DNA from: Eledone cirrhosa
Taxonomy: Eukaryota
DNA: 64,000 bases
Assembly: GCA_964016885.1 (NCBI GenBank)
Contig: OZ024742.1
Span: 176,452,001 to 176,516,000 of the forward strand
Direction: 5' to 3'
Below are positions 36,924-49,440 of this stretch, piece after piece. The position numbers and the translations under genes were made by a program. Numbering within the stretch: position 1 is the first letter of the stretch; each line of letters starts with the position of its first letter. The notes beneath the pieces were generated by a model. It saw only the letters and a program-made list of their open reading frames with translations. It had not been told where the DNA came from and made no database searches.

Positions 36924-38740
36924 TGTGTGTGGGTGTGTATGTGTGTATGTGTACGTATATGCGTGAGTTTATATATGTGTGTGTGTGCATGCATGTACAT
37001 GTGTGTACATATTTGGGTGTATGTATATATACGTATATATATATATATATATAGCTGTGTATGAGTATGTGTGTGTACGTGGGTGCGTATGTATGTATAT
37101 ATGTGTGTGTATATATATGTATGTATGTCTATATATATGGTTATATATATATGTGTACATCTCACAGGAATGTGTACGGATGGATTATATATTCATTGTA
37201 TTATATATTATTTTATCTTATATCTATTATATTGTATACTATATTGTTATTTTATTGTATATTGTATTTTTATTGTATATTGTATATTTATTTTACGGTT
37301 TTGTTTATATATGTATATGTGTAAGCATGTGTGTGTAAGCACATACGCATATGTGCATGTGTGTGCATGTGTGTGTCCGTGTGCGTATGCATATATATAT
37401 ATGTATATATATATGAGGGTATGTGTATGCATGTGGAGTTATATATATGTGTGTGTGTATGTATTTATATGTATGTGTATGTATGTCTTTATATGTATGT
37501 ATGTGTATGTATATATATATATGTATATATGGATATGCTTAGGTATATGTGTGTGCGTATGTGTGTGTATATGTGTATGTATGTGTGTGTGTGTACACAT
37601 ATAGACATATGTGTGTATAAGCATGTATGTGTATGTGTGTATATATATGTATATATATATGTATATGTGTATGTGTGTGTGTTTGTATGCGTGTGTATGT
37701 GTGTGTCTCTATGTACACACACAAATATATACATGGTGTGTGTATCTGTCAGTGTGTATGTGTGTGTGTGGGTGCGTACTTACATCCAAATAGGAGAGGG
37801 TATGTCTATATGTTTATATGCGGTTACATGTACTTGTGTATAGATATATGTAGTGGTCTGTATCTCTGTGTGTATGTGTGCTTATCTCTTTGGAATTTGT
37901 CTGTCCTTGATGCCTATCCATAAGGATATGCGTGTGTGTGTCTATGTATATGTCTGAGAGTGTTTGTGTATATATGTGCAGATGTGCCCGAACGCCGATA
38001 TGTGTCTTTGTATGCGTGTACGTGTGTGTCTGCGCGTGTGTGCGCGTGTTCGTGCGTGTGAGACCGGATGTAAGGGTCTGTAAGGCAGGCGCCAGTAGAC
38101 ATATGGTGGTCTGTATGTGGGTGTGGGTGTGCTTGGGTATGTGTAAGAGAGGGAGACTGTGTGTGTGTGTGTGTCTGTATGTGTATGGGGGTATGTGTGT
38201 CTACACATGTGTGCGTACATAGGTGTATGCATGCATGTGTGTGTGCCTGCGTGTGTATATGTGTGTGTGTATTTGTGTGTGTGTGCGTTTGTGTGGGTAC
38301 ATACTCGGGAATGTGAATAAATGTGTGAGATACCAAACCCAGCTTGGCTCCATTGAAGTGTGTCGGACGGAAACTGCCTGATGACCAGTGTAGCAGTAAA
38401 TAGTGACCAGAATTTATGATGACGTAGAAAAACAACAGCCAATGGCATGACAAGAGTGGAAGATGTTTTTTGAAGGTGTTTTTTATGACAACACCCCAGT
38501 GAGAAAATTTGCTCCGAAAGAATTACATGTGTCCGAAGGAACCTGCAGCCGTAGAATCAGCCAGATCCATACAGTGATCATGTCTCGAGCTACCTGCCGG
38601 CGAAACAATTGTAACACGCAATAAACTGAGTCCAGATGCATCACTGATTTTTCGTTTTTTTTTTATACTATTCACACTCTACTTTGTAAGAATACTGAAT
38701 GCTAATTTTGGCATACCGCCTATGGAAGCTACCATAAAAT
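32644..38740 (+). mobile_element. Penelope-like non-coding 3'-region element (family XYZ) with ~290-bp inverted terminal copy, interrupted by R4 copy B
   Basis: 32644-32943 is the reverse complement of ~38379-38667; blocks 33070-33200, 36650-36850 and 38603-38735 match 51985-52120, 52340-52570 and 54265-54395; HHR remnants at 38373 and 38528. Confidence 0.7.
33229..36570 (-). mobile_element. R4/Dong-type element copy B (same family as A), slightly 5'-truncated, with (TAA)n on both sides
   Basis: ORF pieces 36533-33398; HLLFMDD, AHIISEC, HNRPDLVVLD..NVACPFD (PD..D RLE motif). Confidence 0.93.
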
Positions 38741-38742
38741 AC

Positions 38743-38799
<57 letters not shown>

Positions 38800-39110
38800 T
38801 AAATTCACACATATAAACAAACATATGTATAATACAGATAAACGGTGATGGAAAGTAGTAAGTGCTCACAAACTTATTTCGTACACGTTCACATACATAG
38901 ATATATATATATTCATAAGGAATTAATAAAATGCAATAAAAACCGTTTAAAAATCTGTTAAATTAGATCTTTTGAAGAAACAATATCTTCATGAAGGTTT
39001 TCAAGTAACAATTGTAAAGTTTCTGCAGCAATAAATCATTTCACTTTGTTACATTTCTCAGTACATTTCCCTTGTGTTTCCCTATAGAGTGATGTGCTTA
39101 CAGGTATATA

Positions 39111-39199
39111 TATATAAGATACAGAAGCGTAAACTAACCAAACAGTGAGTGTGTTATTTAATTAATTCTGGCAATATTATTACACATATAAGACCCTCC

Positions 39200-39255
<56 letters not shown>

Positions 39256-39737
39256 ACAGGGAGAAAGAGACGATTATTAGGAAGAAAAAAATATTTTTTT
39301 CCTTTTGTGTTTCTCTCTCTCATTTTTCTGGGTTAGAAAATGATTAAAACGAAATGTTTTACTTTGTGGGAAGTGTTAAGGTATTAGTTGATTTATTTAT
39401 TATTTAACAATGGCATTTATTTATCTATTTATATATTTAAAAATTGTCTATTACCGGTTTCGGCATTTTTATGCATTATAAAATAATAGTGAAATGTATT
39501 AGTGAGGTGTCACACATGTTAAACAGAATATATATAACATATAAAGACAGAGAGAGAGAGAAATGTGTGTGTGTTACATATATAAATACATATATACATA
39601 TGTATATATCTATTTATATAATTATATATATATATATCATCATCGTTTAACCTCCAGTTTCCACTCTACCATGGGTTGTATATACATAACGCACGCAAGT
39701 GTCAAAAATGGATGTAAAATCGATGATACATACACAC

Positions 39738-39812
<75 letters not shown>

Positions 39813-39840
39813 CGTGTGTGTGTGTGTGTTTGTGTATACA

Positions 39841-39922
<82 letters not shown>

Positions 39923-40001
39923 TATATATAGATATATACATATGTATATATCTATTTATATATGCAACACACACACATTTCTCTCTCTCACTCTGTCTTT
40001 A

Positions 40002-40032
<31 letters not shown>

Positions 40033-40125
40033 CATATATATATGGGGAGGGTCATATATGTGTAATAATATTGCCAGAATTAATAACAGAACACACTCAC
40101 TGCTTGGCTTCTGTATCTTTTATAT
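39111..40125. repeat. Nested inverted repeats (fold-back)
   Basis: 39111-39205 pairs with 40038-40125; 39540-39630 pairs with 39915-40003. Confidence 0.8.
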
Positions 40126-40342
40126 AAGTTAATTTAATTTATTCGGTCCTCAATGTTACCATTCACTGACCAACAGTAAAAAATACAGATTTAATATAGA
40201 CACAAACACATATATATAGTCTAACAAAGTTCCTTCGTTGCGCATCTGCACCATCGTCAGTGGTGTTATTATGTTTCCTCCTGTTGTATTGTATGTCTAC
40301 GCCATCTTTATTTAATATAAATAATAAAGATGGCGTAGACAT

Positions 40343-43150
40343 TTTAAACCCAGCATCGTTGATTTCATTAATGACGCACCGATTAGTTTTACGGTAGTCC
40401 TTAGTTACAGCATTATGTAGTAGCTGATGGTAAGTACTGCGCTCCACTTGATATAGGTTGCCAGTTTTAATGAAATCAACGATGCTGGGTTTAACATCAC
40501 CTCTGATCTCAACATCTTGGACCGGACCGAACCTCTGGACCCTATTTCTCCCCACTTTACCCTGAAGGATCACAAATCCAATTTTCCGAACCACCCCTCT
40601 ATTCGGCTTATTAACCCTACGAAGTCCGATTTAGGTAGACTTAGTAAAAGGAATCTTGATATAATTATACCTGAAATTAGAAGTTTGGCCCCTCTTGCAC
40701 TGTGGAACAATTCTTTCGCGATGATTGATTGATTCAACGGCATATGCAACAAGGAACATTGCCATTTTATCCAATTCGACATCAATAATTACTACTCCTC
40801 CATCACTTTACCACTTCTCCTTAGAGCTATCAATTTCGTTAAAACACTCACAGTGGTTAAGGATTTCGAAGTTGATGTCATTCTCAATGCCCGTAAGTCG
40901 GTGATTAATTTCGACGACTCTATTTAGATTAAACAATCTAATAGTACTCCATTCGACGTGAGTATGGGCGCCAGCGATTCTGCGAAGGTTACTGATCTTA
41001 TCGGCCTTTTCCTTCTTTTTCTATCAAGGACGAATGCCCAACGTGGGCGGTGGTTTGTACCGTGATGATGGTCTTTTGACCATGACTAAGTGCGGCCAAC
41101 GTGCTTGCGACAGGTTCAGAAAAGAACTCATAGCCTTCTTTAAAGGCTTCAACCTCTCTATACAGGTTGAGGCCAACCGCTCGGTCGTTAATTCCCTCGA
41201 CGTTACCCTCAATTTATCGAATGGCTTGTATTACCCATATAGAAAGCCGAATGATACGCTTAATTACATAAGTAAGCATTCCAACCATCCTGCTAGCATA
41301 ACCAAGAACCTGGTAACAAACGTTTCTTTGGGGCTTTCCCGTCTATCTGCTAACGAACATATTTTCAACGACCATTCCACATATTACAATGAAGCGCTTG
41401 CTCGGAGTGAATTTGTCGATAAGGTAGCATATACAGAGTACGAGAATAGACCTAGAAGAAATAGATCCCGACGCATTATATGGTATAACCCACCATATAA
41501 TATGGAGGTGGCCACACCATTAGCTAAGATCGTTCTATCCCTTATTACGAAGCATTTTCCCCCTACACATAAATATAGTAACATTTGTAATAGAAATACT
41601 ATTAAATTTTTTACACTACGACTCCTAACCTTGCACATAACAGCACAGCTTCAAATTTAGCTAAACTACCTAGCCGTAGGAACACGTGCAACCCTGTAGT
41701 TAGTACTAACTGTAATTGTAGGAATCGGGTTGATTGCCCCCTATACGGGAAATGCCTCTCTAGTAACATTGTCTACACATTTAAGGTTGAAACACCCACG
41801 TCCCGTAGGGCCTACATAGGTTAACCGCCAATAGATTGAAGCAGCGTCTTTACATGCATACCCATTCTTTTCGTTACCCTCTAAGAAGGAATGTGACGTC
41901 ACTTTCAGCTTATATCTGGAGTCTAAAAGACAACCACACCCAATATAAATTACACTGGGAGATCCTAGCTAGGGCTAGATCGTATAACGGAAATAAAAGA
42001 CCATGTGACCTCTGCGGCGCTGAGGCCCTGGAAATACTCTACGCCACAGACCACATCTTAAACACAAAAACCTCAGGCAATTTCGACTTGTAAACATAAA
42101 TTAACAAAACTTTCCTGTATTACAGCCCCACATTTTACCCTAACGGATAGTACCATATATACGCGGATATTTTACGTCTTGATGTGGTAGGTAAGTATAT
42201 GTTATGTTTATACCATTACTTATTTGCATAGGTAAGTATATATTACCTGTATATTTTGTGAAGGTACGTATACTTTCTCGTACGTATATTTGATTGTATA
42301 TGTTATGGCGTATATTTTTTATATATTCTGGTACATATGCTTTTGATTATGTGTATACGTTAGTTTCGCGTCTGTGTGAGTATGCGGGATCGTACGTACG
42401 TAGGGTGTGTGTATATGTGTACTTCGTGTTTTGGTTAACGTACGTCTCCGAACATTTGTGTATTTACATGTAGGTATGTGTGTGCGCTTGTTATATACGT
42501 ATTTATTTATTTATATACGTTTATTTAATGATTTGTATACACGCACACACACACACATATTTATATGTGCGTGTATTTGCATACCTATGGCGAGTGTGTT
42601 CGCGTATGCTTCTGTATGTACGTATATGGATGCGTGTATGTATTTATTTAATTTCAATTACCTCTGTATTTTATTTACTTTATTCTTAATTCTGAATCGG
42701 AGAATTATTCGGTTTCCTAGTTAGAATTTTAGTCTACGACTTCAGTTATACCATTTACGTGGTTTTGTCTTGGCGTGCAATTATTCTCTAAGCACCACAT
42801 ATGACGTATTATCTTCGTTTTATCCGTTCATTGCCAGAGAACGTCTCTATGAACCACCTAAGAGAATATTAGTCTACGACTTCTTTTATACCATACACGT
42901 GGGTCTGTCTTTGCGTGTAATTGTTTTTCACCGCTCCAAATAATGACATATTATATTCGTTTCTTCCCGTTCTTTGCCAGGGAACGTTTCCACGAACCAA
43001 AGTATCGTCTTCCTGTCTTCCTCCGGTTGCAACGTTTTTTGAAATATTCACTTCTGCGTTCACAGATTGACTTTGTTAGTTTCAGAAGATCCCGTTAAGG
43101 GCGAACGCATCAATTCTTATCTTAAACTTTAATCTGTTATTTTAATAAAT
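40343..43150 (+). mobile_element. Naiad-type Penelope-like element, degenerate RT + GIY-YIG, with a 5' inversion
   Basis: FTLKDHKSNF..IRLINPTKS, QFDINNYYSSI, MGASDS, GLYRDDGL, YYPYRKPND, IIWYNPPY, CNCRNRVDCPLYGKC linker, IVY...YIG, CDLC; AT/TG-rich tail with decayed HHR at 43083 and AATAAA. Confidence 0.9.
42723..42999. repeat. Diverged ~140-bp tandem duplication in the PLE 3' region
   Basis: ttagtctacgacttc...ttgccag.gaacgt...gaacca occurs twice. Confidence 0.8.
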
Positions 43151-43217
<67 letters not shown>

Positions 43218-44199
43218 TTATACTCGTACACACAAATATTTATTCAAAAGGAAGAAAAGTAAAAAGCAATAGAAATGCTTTGAGAATCTGTTAAATTTAC
43301 CCTTTTGAATAAACAGTATTTTCCTGAAGATGTTTAAGAAAATAAATATTGGAAAAACGAGAAAAAATATGAATGTCAAAGAAAATCTTGTACATGAAAC
43401 GAAAGCTTAAAATGTTTTGGATTGGGTTGATTTATGACAATCTTAGTAAAGATTTTCATCCCCAATAGTTCTACTCCATAAATGCAACATGTTTGAATGG
43501 TTAAGAAGTCGGCTTTGCGCTTTGTAATCTTAATATTCTGTGTTCTATCCCACTCTATGGCATTTTGGACAAGTTTTGTTTATAATAGCTTTGTATCAAT
43601 GCAAGCCTTGTGTATGAAACTGAGTAGCTTGTGTTTGTTTGGAATCTCATTGAATATTTCACAAACAGTGGCTGCAGTATTGCTAAATTAGCATCCTATA
43701 TTCAATCCTACTTTGAATCAATTTAGCCAACAGTTGTTTTACACACCTTTGCTTCAACCCAAGCCTTGTGAATTACATCGAGATGGAAAATATTTCAAAC
43801 ACTGTTAGGTGGTTTTTAGCTGTAATGCCGCTGAATTTCCGTATTTCTCTGGGAGTTATGTCAACCATTTATGTGGTCATTTCATGAGCTGTCATTTTCT
43901 ATGATTAAACTACTACTGCACACACCAGCCAAACTAACTGAGATTGACTCAATTTCAACCCAGTTCTGAATCAATGTTTAGTTTAAATATGTTTTGTCGT
44001 TCATTGTTTTAAATATCCATTCGTAAAATTATGATGACTAATGTGAAAATTGATAGGTTCATCTTGGATATAAAAGCCATTTTAACTGAGAATTAGTGTT
44101 AGGGTGGAAGTTGTAAATGAGTTGTGTGGAATGCTGTGTTATCTGATCGGGCTCTGCGCATTCTGTGTTCAAATTCACTTTCTTCTACAAGTAGGTGTA

Positions 44200-46050
44200 A
44201 CAAATTCATAGTGTTAGTAATAAATAGACCAGTTGAAAACATATTTTCCTTGGTCTTATTTGATGATCGACTCCTTTACTATTTTATAAAATATCACACT
44301 TAAACCAAAGAACACCTACTCAAACTCACACCTATTTTATACTTGTCTCTGCTGCTTAGTTTGTTAGTACATGTATGATATATTATTAAGTGGTGGGTTT
44401 AAGATTAAATTGTGTCAAATATGGTATTAGAAGCTGAGTGTATTTCAGTTAGTGGATCGTAATAGGTGTAGATTTCTTGTATTCATTTATTTATATTAAT
44501 ATTAGATTAGGTTACGGGAGATGTAATTTTCATACATATTGTAGTATCATACAACCTGATATTGTAGACTAAGTTCCTTGGTATAAAAGGCTTCTCTCTT
44601 GAAAAGATAAATTGGTGCAATGTTAATATAACAAAAGTTTTAATTGAGAAGAGCGGAATTATTTCCATGTTCAAAATTAATTTGGAGCATTATTGATTTG
44701 TTTGAAAAGTATATGTTATCCTCAATAAATTTGTATTTTTTATATACTTCTTTGTTGGTTAGTATAGGCATTATATACTATTTAATGTGCTAGAATTGGA
44801 TAATTATTTTATGTTGGAGAAGCTATGGGAGATAACTATCGTTCATTCTTTATTCATCTTCTGGGTCATATGTTTGTAAGCAGCTTAATGTATGTTGGAT
44901 TGCATGTTGGGTGTAAAAGAAATAATCTTTTCGGAGGGAGTGAAGTGGCAAATGTTGTGAGTTCTCTGCCCGTGTTTTCAATTACAACCCTAAGCATAGA
45001 CTTTTGGCAGTGTGGTGGTTAGATTTTTGACGGGTGCAAAGTAAATATTTTATTATCAATTTAATTTAGTTTTACTTTCCAATTCTAATCTACTTAGTCA
45101 TTTTTTTTTTCTTTTGGTTTGGATAGGGAATTTCAACTTCTATTGGGCAGTGTATTCGGATTTTAGTACTGGTTTAGTAAAATTCGTTTTATTACTGGTT
45201 CTGAATTTAATGAGCTATTCTGAATTGTACTTTCTTTACTGTGTTTAGGGAGTGATTATTTCAGATTTCAGATAATTTTAGTTTAATTTTCTGTTCTTGG
45301 CAGACATTGGGTTTTGGGAATGCATGGACGACAGCCATTGAGTAAGATGGCTGTGTTTATTGTTGGTAGTTTTATGATTAAATGCGCTACAGAGTATATG
45401 ATGCTAATTTATCCAGTAGCCACAATCTTTGACAGAAAGCGGATATTGGGAATGATTGTAGCCTGATGATGTTTGTCTTTTTAGTAACGATATAGAGGGT
45501 TAGTTTTTACTCTGTTATGTTGGAGGTTTTAAATTTGATTTGGATTTATTTGTTGGTTATAAGTCCCAGGATTGGTTGATTAGACATAACATATTTGGTT
45601 GTTGTAGACGTTGGTTTAGTGTGTTAAAGTTTGTGTTTTTTTACTAATTGTATTTGAGTGGTGAATATTAGTTGGTTTGGGATTGTGGTATTCATCTACT
45701 ATTACATTGTTGTTGCATGGGGTTGTGAGAGGCATGATAACATAATATGTATATTATAGTGTCATGCCTCTGAAATGGTATGGAATAAGACCCCCGTGGA
45801 AAAATCTCTTGGAAAGAAGTGTTTGTGTGTCTTGATAGTTTATGTATCATTAGTATACCTAATGGTTTAACTGAGGGAGGAATTGGATGGTTTTCTTTTA
45901 GAAGGTATGTTTAAGTTCGGTGTATAATAATTTTGTTGTGGAGGGTATATTATTGTGCCTGCAATAATATTTTTAGATTTGTGCTGCTTAGTTTGTTAAC
46001 ATGGGTATGAATATGCGACCAACTACATGAGATAAACTGATGCGAGAAAA
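44200..46050 (-). mobile_element. Possible highly decayed Penelope-like element
   Basis: Only faint translated remnants (HVNKLSS-like near 45990) and T/G-skewed composition like the other minus-strand PLEs. Confidence 0.25.
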
Positions 46051-46178
46051 AACACTAAACCCTCCCTCTCAATTCTACTTTTGAAAAGCTTAAGAACTGT
46101 GAAACCGGTAAAGGAAACAAATAAATATTCTTAAAAAGTCTCCAGTTGCATTTTCGATTTCATTTTTTATCACTATAT

Positions 46179-46283
<105 letters not shown>

Positions 46284-46364
46284 ATGTATGTATATATATA
46301 TAGAGAGAGAGATAGATAGATAGAAACATGTAAACATTTTCTGTAACTGCTGGCTGTTGATTAC

Positions 46365-46560
46365 TTTGGTGAGATTTAGTAGTATCGCTAGAGGGGCGGA
46401 TGCCATACTTTACAACGTAGTTACGTCCCTTTACAATCTAAATTCAAATTCCACCGAGGTTAACTTTGTCTTTCATCCTTACGGAGTCGATAAAATAAAG
46501 TACCAGTAATGCACTGGGTTAATTTCTGGCCTTGTGCCAAAGTAGAAACAATTATTATTA
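46365..46560 (+). mobile_element. Family-1 tRNA SINE
   Basis: Matches array consensus; (ATT) tail. Confidence 0.85.
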
Positions 46561-46675
46561 GTATATATATATATACATATTACTGGATAACATAACCCTT
46601 ACGTGACATGCCTATATATAGGTTATAATGTGGCTACAATTTCGATTTACATTCATTTTTATTAGAATATATATA

Positions 46676-46869
46676 AGGCGGTGGATTGGCAGTACCGGTA
46701 GAGAGTCGGACGACATGCTTTGACGCAAAGAGTTACGGCCTTTTCCATTCCGAGTTCAAATCCCGCCGAGGTTAACTTTGCCTTTCATCCTTACGGGGTC
46801 GATAAAATAAAGTACCACTAATACACTGGGTAATTGCTGGCCTTGTGCCAAAAGTAGAAACAATTATTA
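46676..46869 (+). mobile_element. Family-1 tRNA SINE
   Basis: A and B boxes and core intact. Confidence 0.9.
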
Positions 46870-47364
46870 AAGGACTGGTTTTGAAAAGTCACAGGAAGGG
46901 ATGAAACGTTCGTAAATCATCATTTAATCTATTAATTACATTTGTTGTCTATTTTAATGAATAATTTGCGTAATTGTTATTTTTGGCACAATAGGATTTC
47001 GTATACATGCCGTTTTGGAAAATTATTTCAACGGGGTAAGATACATAGTCTTTTGTATTGCTTTTATAATAAGTTACTCTATTTTTGTGTTTAACTTCTC
47101 CCCTTATCTTAAAAAAATGTTTATATTGTTTTTGTAAAAAGTGATATTTATTTCTTATATATATATATTAAACAAAGCGGTTTGTTTTCCATTTCAGGTA
47201 GACGCGCTCCATCATTCTCTTTTCTAAAAAAATAAATGATACACAAAACGCCAGCATCAACAGTTTTCCAAGAGATATAACATGAATGGACCTGTTATTT
47301 TCATCTTAAGACATTTTTTTCAATGCCAACCCACCCGTTCCATCAATCTATCTTATTTCTCATT

Positions 47365-47405
47365 CTTTCTTCTGATGAAGGACTAGCGTCCGAAACGTTA
47401 AAACT
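47365..47405 (+). ncRNA. Minimal hammerhead ribozyme-like motif (PLE pLTR type)
   Basis: CTGATGA-A-GGAC-tagc-GTCC-GAAACGTTA; helix I weak. Confidence 0.6.
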
Positions 47406-47494
47406 CTCTTCCAGCTATGTCAAGCGTTAACCTGATATATTCTTTCCATATACTGTACCGATTGTGTTGTTATTTCTGTTTACCTTTTACATAT

Positions 47495-47540
<46 letters not shown>

Positions 47541-47544
47541 TATG

Positions 47545-48115
47545 AAGAGAGAAGAAACATTTAGATATAATTAGTAATAAAATGTATCATACCTAAACTG
47601 CTCCTAGATTCCTCGACTACGTAGTTTTGTGGCATAAACAAAAACAATACATCATAAAGATATAGAGTCCTTGCGAGGTCTGCCGACTTATCAAGAGGAT
47701 ACCTCATTTTACTAGTCTCAAGAACGCGGCTACACGACGTGAGAAAGAATCCCAAAAGGCGGAGGGGGAGATAATCACGCGATATAACGGTCGAGAAACA
47801 GAGCTAAGCCTCTTATAACCTCGAAGAAAACGGAGGCGGAGGGGGTATTTATATCGAAGCCGTAGAAGAGGTGGTGAAGGAGGCGAGAAGTGTGAGTAAT
47901 GGAAGCTTTCCAGCAGTCCCCACACTTCAAAGATTGCTCGACCAGAGGGAGTTATTAACAATATATTTAGAAACACACAGATACATGCGGACACACACAT
48001 ATACATGAATGCATCCGCACCCAACCGTGAGTTAAGGGTGCCAACTTCACCGATGTTGCTCAATGAATGACTGGGACAGACCAATCCGGTTGAACTAGAC
48101 TGAACCAGTATCAGA
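47545..48115 (-). mobile_element. Probable decayed PLE pseudo-LTR
   Basis: Minus-strand TATAAATA near 47846; decayed HHR 3' halves (aaaactacgtagtc, gagactagta). Confidence 0.35.
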
Positions 48116-48135
48116 GTTAAAAATACATATATATA

Positions 48136-48806
48136 TATAAACGGAAAAATGAAACGAAATTTTATTTCCCACTCTTAGTACGGCTGTTACTTAAATATAA
48201 GTAAGTACACGTATATACGTATATGTATACAGATGTACAGTAGTATGTATATATATACATGCATGCACACATATATATATATGTACGTATGGATTCACCG
48301 AACATTTATTATAATGCTCGGTGTTTTTGTAAACAAACATCCCGTATTAAGCCGTAGTGTCTAGCAACCATTGTTGCTCGTTTGTTCAACACTGACAAAG
48401 GAACGCTGTACTAGTTTCAAGCTTATTAGCTATCGTCAGCAACGTATACCTTCCTGACAGATTGTTGAACGTATATACTTACCTTATGCATATTAACGGC
48501 TGAGTAGCCCAATTTGCATATCGAGTGGGTTAATCGGCCGGGTGCACCGAAAACGATAAACAGAAAAAATGAAACGAAATTTCATTTCCCATTCTTAGTA
48601 CGGCTGTTACTTAAATATAAGTATGTACACGTACATACATATATGTATACAGATGTACAGTAGTATGTATATATACATACATGCACACATATATATATGT
48701 ACATATGGATTCACCGAACATTTATTATAATGCTCGGTTGTGTTTGTAAACAAACATCCCGTATTAAGCCGTAGTTTCAAGCAACCATCGTTGCTTGTTT
48801 GTTCAA
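48136..48806 (-). mobile_element. ORF-less 420-bp-period partial tandem (1.6 copies) containing an HHR; retrozyme-like or non-autonomous PLE
   Basis: 48136-48387 is repeated at 48556-48806; HHR lies in the intervening part. Confidence 0.75.
48403..48445 (-). ncRNA. Minimal type I hammerhead ribozyme
   Basis: acgttg CTGACGA tagc-taataa-gctt GAAA ctag TA cagcgt; 6-bp helix I, palindromic ACTAGT helix III, GUA site. Confidence 0.8.
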
Positions 48807-48911
48807 TATATACATATTACTGGATAGCGTAACCTTTACGTCACATGCCTATATATAGGTTAAATGTGGCTACAACTTTGATTTACATTCATTATTATTA
48901 GATTATATATA

Positions 48912-49108
48912 AGGCGGTGGATTAGCAGTATCGGTAGAGGGTCGGGCGCCATGCTTTGATGCAAAGAAGTACGGCCCTTTCCCTTCCGAGTTCGAATCCC
49001 ACCGAGGTTAACTTTGCCTTTCAACCTTACGGGGTCGATAAAATAAAGTACCAGTAATGCACTGGGTCATTGCTGGCCTTGTGCCAAAAGTAGAAACAAT
49101 TATTATTA
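48912..49108 (+). mobile_element. Family-1 tRNA SINE with ~20-bp target-site duplication
   Basis: attattattagattatatata both before (48891) and after (49099). Confidence 0.9.
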
Positions 49109-49109
49109 G

Positions 49110-49156
<47 letters not shown>

Positions 49157-49396
49157 GTGTATGCAACATTTAAACGGAAATAATAAAAAAAAACAAACGA
49201 CACAGTATAATGAAGCGATATATTAATTTAATGCTTGATATAGTAGGAAAAGGTTCTTAACTTTTCGAACAATAGTCCTTCAACAGAATGATGAAATGAA
49301 AATAAAAGATGAAATAGAAAGATAGAGTGTGAGAAGAAGAAAGAGTGGAAAAATATTTACAAGGAAAAGCACGTGTGTATTCAGTCAGCCATTTTG

Positions 49397-49440
<44 letters not shown>

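Noticed and set aside
38870-39015. Diverged direct repeat with 43217-43350 as LTRs around the PLE
   Set aside because: Too diverged and lacks LTR termini; more likely an old dispersed repeat or local duplication
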